Below are positions 27,550 to 33,839 of a stretch of 33,839 nt of DNA, in pieces. Both the position numbers and the translations under genes were made by a program. How positions within the stretch are numbered: the first letter of the stretch is position 1; each line of letters starts with the position of its first letter. The stretch spans positions 1-33,839 of the forward strand of contig CAXXVK010000050.1 in NCBI GenBank assembly GCA_963676915.2, read 5' to 3'. Source of the DNA: Myxococcota bacterium. GTDB taxonomy: Bacteria > Myxococcota_A > SURF-8 > G963663525. The notes under the pieces are model-generated. The model did no database searches. It saw nothing but the letters and a program-made list of their open reading frames with translations, and was not told the DNA's origin.

Positions 27550-28839
27550 ATGAGCGAACAACCTGTGGATTATCGCCCGATGTGGACCGAACTGGGTCTG
27601 GATCTGGATAAGCACGACGCGTTGCTGTCAGTGCTGGGCCAGGCGTATCAGGATCTGTATCTGTCCCAGAAAAACCGTCCGGAAGGCATGGCGTATTTCG
27701 ATTTCGTGATGAGCGAGGTCCACGGCCTTCGTATTCAGGAACTGATGAACGCCAAAAAGGAAGGCCGCCTCGTTGTCGGCTCCTTCTGTGTGTTCGTCCC
27801 CGAGGAACTGATCCTCGCCGTAGACGGCGTTTCGGTGGGACTGTGTGCCGGAGCAGAATTCGGTCTGGAAGCCGCCGAGCGTTACGTGCCTCGTAACACC
27901 TGCTCGTTAATCAAATCCGCCTTTGGCTTTGCTGCCGAAAAGGTGTGTCCATACCTCGCTGCTTCCGACATCGTGGTTGGGGAAAATACCTGCGACGGCA
28001 AGAAAAAGAGCTACGAAGCCTTTGCCGATCTCGTAAACGGCTTTTACGCCATGGATCTTCCCCAGGTAAAAAGCGAAGCGGGCCGGGAGCTGCTGAAAAC
28101 GGAATTCTTGCGGTTCACAAAGCTGTTGGAGGAACGCTCGGGCAAAGCCATTACCGTCGAAAGCCTGAAAAAAAGCATCGAAACGGTCAATGCCAAACGT
28201 CGCGCCATGCATCGCCTGGCGGAGTTGCGAAAAGGCAATCCTTCCCCGGTTTCAGGCATGGATGCCCTGTTGATCAACCAAGTGTTTTTCTATGACGATC
28301 CCGTGCGCTTTACCGCCTCCGTCGAAAAAATCAACGACGAGTTGCAAGACCGCATTCTCAACGGCAAAGGCGTCGTCGAGAAAGGCACGCCGCGAATCGT
28401 CGTGTCCGGTTGTCCGATGGCGGTTCCCAACTGGAAAGTACACAGCATCGTCGAAAGCTCCGGCGCGGTGGTGGTTGGGGATGAATCCTGCGTCGGCGAA
28501 CGCGGAACCCAGAACCTTACGGATGCCTCGGGAGACAGCGTGGAAGCCCTCATCGATAATCTTGTGGATCGCTATTTCGAGATCGACTGCGCGATTTTCA
28601 CACCCAACCCGAAGCGGCTGGAACACGTCAAAGAGATCCAGAAGAAAACGGATGCCGACGGCGTATTGCATTACGGTTTGCAGTTCTGCACGCCTTACCA
28701 GATGGAATCGATGCCGTTTGAAAAGAATCTTGAAGAGGCAGGGATTCCCGCATTGCGAATCGACACGGATTACAGCCAAGAGGATGTCGAGCAGATCCGT
28801 ACGCGGATTGAAGCGTTTATCGAAAGGATCAAATCGTGA
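27550..28839 (+). CDS. Double-cubane cluster protein (DCCP)-like / 2-hydroxyacyl-CoA dehydratase family Fe-S enzyme
   Basis: N-terminal MWTELGLDLDKHDALL..NRPEGMAYFD.V.SEVHGLRIQEL, as recalled for DCCPs. Cys motifs SFCVFVPEE, GLCAGA, PRNTCSLIKS, GENTCDGKKK, SGCP, DESCVG, IDCA, QFCTPY. C-terminal DTDYSQED.EQIRTRIEAF.E. Confidence 0.88.
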   Translation: MSEQPVDYRPMWTELGLDLDKHDALLSVLGQAYQDLYLSQKNRPEGMAYFDFVMSEVHGLRIQELMNAKKEGRLVVGSFCVFVPEELILAVDGVSVGLCAGAEFGLEAAERYVPRNTCSLIKSAFGFAAEKVCPYLAASDIVVGENTCDGKKKSYEAFADLVNGFYAMDLPQVKSEAGRELLKTEFLRFTKLLEERSGKAITVESLKKSIETVNAKRRAMHRLAELRKGNPSPVSGMDALLINQVFFYDDPVRFTASVEKINDELQDRILNGKGVVEKGTPRIVVSGCPMAVPNWKVHSIVESSGAVVVGDESCVGERGTQNLTDASGDSVEALIDNLVDRYFEIDCAIFTPNPKRLEHVKEIQKKTDADGVLHYGLQFCTPYQMESMPFEKNLEEAGIPALRIDTDYSQEDVEQIRTRIEAFIERIKS

Positions 28840-29579
28840 CGGCGCGTGTTGCGGGAATCGATATCGGATCGCGTACCATCAAGCTCGTGGTGTCCGATGA
28901 GAGTCGGATCGAGCGGCAGGAGGTTCGTCCCAATTCTCACGATCCTATCGCCGTTTGTCGCGAACTTCTCAACGGGGAAAGCTACGATCGTCTTGTTGCG
29001 ACGGGCTATGGACGGCACCTTTTCGAGCAATACTACGATTGTTCGGTGGTGACGGAAATCAAGGCCGTTTCGCTGGGTACCCGTGCGCTTTTTCCTGAGG
29101 CTCGAACCGTGTTGGACATCGGCGGGCAGGATACCAAGTGCATTTCCCTCGATGACGCCGGGCGCATGACGAAGTTCGAAATGAACGACAAATGCGCGGC
29201 GGGAACGGGGAAATTCCTCGAAGTGATGGCAACGGCTCTGGGATACACGATGGGTGATTTTATCGGAGCGGCCCGAAATGCGGAACAATCCAGGAAAATC
29301 AACGCCATGTGTACGGTTTTTGCCGAAAGCGAGGTAATCGGTCTCGTAGCCAGGGAAACACCCCGTGACGAATTGGCCCGTGGACTACACGAGGCGGTTG
29401 CCAATCGAGCGGCGGCGATGGCGAAAAGGCTGTCTTTGAAACCCGATATCGTGTTTTGCGGTGGTGCGGCGAAAAACACTTGTCTCGTCGAGTTGTTGCA
29501 AGAACGTCTCGGACAACCGTTAAGTGTGGCAGATGATACTCAGATTGTCGCTGCATTGGGTTGTACGTTGGTTTCCTGA
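28836..29579 (+). CDS. ATP-dependent activator/reductase (HgdC/BadF-like ASKHA [4Fe-4S] ATPase; DCCP-R-like)
   Basis: GIDIGSRTIK, ATGYGR, LDIGGQDTK, MNDKCAAGTGKFLE, AMCTVFAESE. GTGA overlap with the upstream gene. Confidence 0.93.
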   Translation: MTARVAGIDIGSRTIKLVVSDESRIERQEVRPNSHDPIAVCRELLNGESYDRLVATGYGRHLFEQYYDCSVVTEIKAVSLGTRALFPEARTVLDIGGQDTKCISLDDAGRMTKFEMNDKCAAGTGKFLEVMATALGYTMGDFIGAARNAEQSRKINAMCTVFAESEVIGLVARETPRDELARGLHEAVANRAAAMAKRLSLKPDIVFCGGAAKNTCLVELLQERLGQPLSVADDTQIVAALGCTLVS

Positions 29580-29607
29580 CCGGTTCGGACTGGAAAAAAA
29601 ATTGAAC

Positions 29608-29718
29608 AACTTCCGAAAAATCGGAAGTTTGGGGAAAGGAACGCGTGAAACGAACCTCCCCAGGATCGCTTCGTCCCCTAGCGTTCCATCGTTAAGCGCG
29701 TTTCCTTTCCCCTTTTTT
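29608..29718. other. Structured intergenic element: 9-bp hairpin plus ~82-nt rod-like hairpin with T-tract (terminator and/or sRNA)
   Basis: AACTTCCGA-aaaa-TCGGAAGTT (29608-29629). GGGGAAAGGAACGCG (29631-29645) pairs with CGCGTTTCCTTTCCCC (29697-29712), followed by TTTTTT. Confidence 0.55.
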
Positions 29719-29737
29719 AATGCGTACAGTGAATGAA

Positions 29738-30082
29738 TCAGTCGTTTTCGTCCGGACGTCGGCGAGCGCTTTTAATTTGGCTGCGGTGTTTTTTGGCTTC
29801 CAGACGTCGGCGTTTTTCGGCTTTCGGGGTTCGAGTGGAGATACGGGGTTCCGGTTCTTTCGCCATCTCTTCAAGACGTTCGTACATGCGGTTATACGCT
29901 TCTTCGAGGTTTTGGCTCTGGCTTCGTCGTTCGGTTGCCAAAACAACGGTGTTCGTCTGCAGGTGGGTTAAGCGCACACCCGTTTCTCGACGGTTGCGGT
30001 GTTGTCCGCCTGGACCACTGGCGCGGATGAACTCTACCCGGCATTCCTTTTCCAACTCTTCTCTAAGATCCTCGGGGATCAT
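29738..30082 (-). CDS. Peptidyl-tRNA hydrolase domain protein, ArfB/YaeJ-like ribosome rescue factor
   Basis: FIRASGPGGQHRNRRETGVRL, ERRSQSQN, basic tail PRISTR..AEKRRRLEAKKHRSQIK..R. SD AAAGGAG precedes ATG 30082. Confidence 0.85.
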   Translation of the reverse strand: MIPEDLREELEKECRVEFIRASGPGGQHRNRRETGVRLTHLQTNTVVLATERRSQSQNLEEAYNRMYERLEEMAKEPEPRISTRTPKAEKRRRLEAKKHRSQIKSARRRPDEND

Positions 30083-30314
30083 CGTTCTAAAACTCCTTTT
30101 CGTGTCCGAAAAATAAGGGCTGGAACCATTGCACAGATTATTGAAAAAATCCACCAACAATTTTCGTGGCACAAAGTCGAACGATTTCAACGATATCGAC
30201 GTATTTTATATATTCAATACAAACATTCTGATGCTTCGTTTGTCAAGATTACCTGAAAAATGCCGACTAATATAAGTGCGCCGGGAGTACGGGTCTGCTT
30301 GTGAAGGGAGTAAC

Positions 30315-30707
30315 ATGATGCAGAATAAACGGAAGAACAAACGGATTCAAATCAAGGAATGTTTGGAAATCGAAATCGATATGCATTCCGAATCCAATTT
30401 CTACACCGGTTTCGTCACCAACATTTCCTCGGGAGGAATTTTCGTGGCGACCTACGAGCCGGAATCCGTTGGAGTGAAGATTCCCATCAAATTCAATCTC
30501 CCCAATCATGATGTAGATATCAACACTACCGGCGAAGTCCGATGGAGACGAGAATTCAACCCCTGGTATCCGCGTACCCAACCCGGTATGGGCCTTAAGT
30601 TCATCGATCTTCAGTCGAGGGATCAGCAGGCTATCAACGAGTACCTCAATTCCATTCGAGAACCCTATTTCTATCCCGAGGAAGAACTTTCCACGGGTTC
30701 CGATTGA
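30315..30707 (+). CDS. PilZ domain protein (Myxococcales TIGR02266-like)
   Basis: RxxxR (RKNKR), NISSGGIFVAT, GEVRW.R, PGMGLKF.DL. The c-di-GMP-binding motifs are intact. Confidence 0.88.
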   Translation: MMQNKRKNKRIQIKECLEIEIDMHSESNFYTGFVTNISSGGIFVATYEPESVGVKIPIKFNLPNHDVDINTTGEVRWRREFNPWYPRTQPGMGLKFIDLQSRDQQAINEYLNSIREPYFYPEEELSTGSD

Positions 30708-30717
30708 TCCAAAGTAT

Positions 30718-30753
30718 AAAAAAACGCGCCTAAACAATACTGTTTGGCGCGTT
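30718..30753 (-). terminator. Intrinsic terminator between convergent genes
   Basis: AACGCGCC-t-AAACA-atac-TGTTT-GGCGCGTT with an upstream A-run (a T-tract on the minus strand). Confidence 0.7.
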
Positions 30754-30780
30754 GCAGTTTCTAAAGCGGTATAGATGCCG

Positions 30781-31608
30781 CTATTTCTTCTTCATGGGCA
30801 TTGGCGGAGTCGCCGGTGCAACCGGTGCACCAGCGGGAGGCGCGGACATCCCGGCCGGTCCCTGGTCTCCCATGCGCTCCTGAACCATCTGCATCAGTTC
30901 CATCATGGTTTTCTTGGCATAGGTTTTCGGTGGCTGGAACGTGTCGGCGGCAAGCTTCTTTTGTTCCAACTTGGTGATCGTGATCGTCACCTGCGGACGA
31001 ACTGCCGTCGCGTTGAGTTCGATTTTCAGCGGGTAGCCTTTTTGATAAATCTTCTTGAAACCGTCGAAAATTCCGGCCATCATCGGGTTCGCGCCCATCA
31101 TGCCGATAAATTTTTTGTAGGTTTCGATCAGTTCCTTGTCTTTGATTTGATCGCTGACCCAGAACGTTGCATCCGGTTTTCCGTCGTGCAGCAAAACGAG
31201 TTTCGTTACCGGATAGCCGGAAACTTCGGCGTGCTCGTTGGTTTCTTCGACGGTAAAGCGTCCCTTTACGTCGGGTTGTTGCTGCATCATTTCGATGGTT
31301 TGCTGCATCCGGGCCTGCATTTCGGACAGTTTGTTTTCCACGTACAGCTTTTGCTGGTGAGACACGTTGATCAGCAGATCCTTGTCCCAGTCGAGGATCA
31401 ACGAGGTCTGTAGCGAATCCGCATCGGAGCGCATCCGGTTTTTCTCGATGAAGATCGTGGTTTTTTCAACATGACCCTGGACCTTGTCTTCCTGGGAGAT
31501 GACCCAGCCTGCCTCGGCGGGTGCAAGTGCCGAAAATGTCAGGAAAACGAAAGCGAAAAAGATCGTAAGTCGGCTAGTGGTTCGGTTCACGGGAATTCCT
31601 TTCATCAT
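30781..31608 (-). CDS. Secreted DUF4412-like protein
   Basis: Signal peptide ending AEA. TTIFIEKNRMRSD..LILD.DK..INVSHQQKLY, ETNEHAEVSGYPVTK, FWVS, GYPLK, FQPPKTY. Pro-rich tail. Confidence 0.65.
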   Translation of the reverse strand: MMKGIPVNRTTSRLTIFFAFVFLTFSALAPAEAGWVISQEDKVQGHVEKTTIFIEKNRMRSDADSLQTSLILDWDKDLLINVSHQQKLYVENKLSEMQARMQQTIEMMQQQPDVKGRFTVEETNEHAEVSGYPVTKLVLLHDGKPDATFWVSDQIKDKELIETYKKFIGMMGANPMMAGIFDGFKKIYQKGYPLKIELNATAVRPQVTITITKLEQKKLAADTFQPPKTYAKKTMMELMQMVQERMGDQGPAGMSAPPAGAPVAPATPPMPMKKK

Positions 31609-31636
31609 CGTATAAAATTCGGAAACGAAGTGGTTT

Positions 31637-33839
31637 TCATTGTCGGTCGAGATACAAGCGCCAGATGTTCAGCCGTCCTTTGTTACGAGCTGTATCATCA
31701 TGGAACATCAGTTTCCAGGTGCCTTTGGCGGCTTCACCGGTGAAATCGTCCAGCGAACCCGGACCGCTGACACTGGAAAGCAGGTCGTAGATCGTCACGA
31801 GGTTAGTTCCTGACTTGTTCTTCAATAGTGTAACTTGAGTGCCCGAGGGGCTTTCCAGAATGAATTCAAGCTCTTTCACCTGTGGATGGGTGATCGAAAT
31901 GGCCACGTTGACATCCGCCACGGTGAAATCTTCGACCACTTCAATGGTGCTTTCAATCCAGTTTTCGGCGTCGTTGTCGGTGATGTAGATCGGGAATTCA
32001 TCCGTTGACACGAAGATTTCGCCCGGCACTGCCGTAGTGACGTTGATTTCCACGATTCCTGGCGGCACCGTTGGATCGGGAACTTCAGCGAGAATGTAGG
32101 TCAATCCATTGTGTACGGCTCCGCTCGCACGGATCAGCCCTGTAGTGAATACGGTGGCGACATCTTCATCCAGCGAACGCCAGGTGATGAAATCGGAACC
32201 TAAGTTCGGTTCGTAGTCGGTATAGCCTTCGTCGAACACGCCCTGAGCATAGGCCCGAACCGTGCGGTTGGGGAAGATCGTCACGCTTTCGGGATCGATG
32301 GCAACTTTATCAAGTCCCACGACGATAACTTCGTAAGGACCGGTGCGTTCCTCGTTGTATGCCGAGGGGGAACGGGCCACTTTCATCCGGTAACGTCCGG
32401 TGGTTGGGCAGGTGAAGACCAAGGCTGGATCGTCCGAGCCACCGCCCCGTCCGTCGTTGGAATCCAACTCGGTAATGCCGTCGAGATCCAGAACCCAAAG
32501 CTTGGATTCGAGGTCCGATACTACGTTGTCCGTGCGGACTTCAAGCAGCAGCACTTGATCCTGAACGCAGGGGAAACGGTAGTAGACTTCTTCATCCACG
32601 TAAAGAATCCGACCTTCCTGGCGAGTGGGGATGTCGAGCGAATACTCGGTCGGTCCCAACTCGATCTCGAATTCCATCGGACCCACCGTGTTGTTGCTTC
32701 GGTCGGCTTCGAAAAGTTTCCGTGACCAGTCCGCTACGAGAACGGCCGAATACGAACCCCGAGCCGCCTTTGGGAAGGTAAATTCGACGTTGGCGAGTTC
32801 TCCCGGATCGAGAGCAGCCATGCTTTTTTCAGCGTAAGGGGTTCCGCCTCCGTTGGGGTCTTCCTCTTCGGAAAGGTACGCGCCTATCGAGAAACCGCCC
32901 GATTCGACCATTCCAATGTTGCGCACCGTGGCTGTGAGTATCAGGGTGTTGGTTTCGACATCGTACGAGCGAGCGAAGTTGTAAAGGGAAAGGTCCGTGG
33001 GTGTCGAGGAAGCAGGAGAAATTTTCAGAGTAAAATCACCCGCTTGGTCGTTATAGCTGTCTACGGCGATGTAGAATCGTCCGTCGCGGGGAGCGGTGAA
33101 ACTGAATTCGTCGGTATCTCCTGCACAGCATTCGTCTGCTCCGGCTAGGCAGGAATCGGGCAGGCTGTCGCAATCCTCGAACAAGTATACAGCCGGGTCG
33201 AAGTGTTCGGTCAATGGAGTAACTTTCACTCGCACGCCTTGTCCTTCAGTCAGATCGATGGCGTACACCGCGTCGAGGCCGGAGGTAATGACGGCTTCTT
33301 CCGTTGCTTGATTCCAGCAATGGCTATCGGTTTCCAGTAGATTTTCGCGGTCCAGCGTGCTGCCTTCGATCAATTGATTAAGCCCTACAACCTGTGCTGC
33401 GCCGCAGGCGGACGAGCAGCTTCCCTCGTTGCAACGCATACTTCCACGGCAGAGTTCGGCCAGAGTGTAGCGGATACCAAGTTCGTTGCATTCAACGACA
33501 TTGCCTTCTTCGCAGGTGATTTGCCCGGCATCGCAAATGTAGGGGTAGCAATCGTCACGGTAACAGATTTCATCGTCGGCACACAATACGCGAGTATAGC
33601 CTTCTCCATCGTTGTTACAGATTTTCAGCTTGCGTCCTTCGGCATAACAGGCACGGGTTCCAGGTACGCAGAATTCTTCGGAATTTCAGGCCATTCGGGT
33701 TCCAACTCGGGTTCCGGTTCGGCTTCTTCTTCCTCGAATTCCGCAGGTTCTTCTTCAGCCTCGTCGATGTCTGCCGGATGTCGGTGGTTTCTTCCTCCAA
33801 CTCAATCGTTTCTTCTTCTTCGTCAAACGATTCGTCGGG
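31637..33839 (-). CDS. Large secreted multidomain protein (acidic stalk, Cys-rich repeats, PPC-like, CARDB, PPC, Ig-like, proprotein-convertase P domain); 5'-truncated, with two apparent single-base frameshifts near 33777 and 33681
   Basis: CARDB: DLSL..LTATVRNIG..SGGFSI..ALDPGE..FEADRSNN. P-domain: VADVNVAISITHPQVKELEFILESPSGTQVTL..LDDFTGEAAKGTWKL..D..GRLNIWRL. The main frame stays open up to 33685, and acidic coding continues in shifted frames to the window end. Confidence 0.75.

Noticed and set aside
30083-30190. N-terminal extension of the ArfB-like ORF
   Set aside because: A strong SD (AAAGGAG) directly precedes ATG 30082 and the domain begins there.

Overview
A 33.8 kb stretch of bacterial chromosome with a Myxococcota/deltaproteobacterial-type gene set (PEGA-domain membrane protein, PilZ protein, sigma-54 regulator, ECF sigma/FecR pair, double-cubane-type Fe-S enzyme); the taxonomy is inferred. 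The most unusual region is 1.5-7.2 kb, a tandem array of three paralogous ~500-aa lipoproteins. Each has a near-identical N-terminal half, a strongly divergent AT-rich ~190-aa cassette and a conserved 25-aa C-terminal tail, and each is followed by the same 38-bp hairpin-containing DNA motif. Copy 3 is a mosaic of copies 1 and 2. Copy 2 is interrupted by an intact 867-bp IS5-family element, and removing it restores the reading frame. The rest holds GNAT, PEGA, GH63-like and beta-propeller lipoproteins, an NtrC-family regulator, trmB, a pentapeptide-repeat protein, an ECF sigma/anti-sigma/beta-barrel triad, an HExxH membrane protein, an atypical radical SAM protein, malQ, eno, rpoZ, corA, mscS, a DCCP-like enzyme plus activator behind a structured leader with a Cys-containing uORF, an ArfB-like protein, PilZ and DUF4412-like proteins. 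Large secreted multidomain proteins are cut off at both window edges; the right-hand one has two single-base frameshifts. No rRNA, tRNA, CRISPR array, reverse transcriptase or integrase was seen. All family calls come from motif recognition, not database searches.
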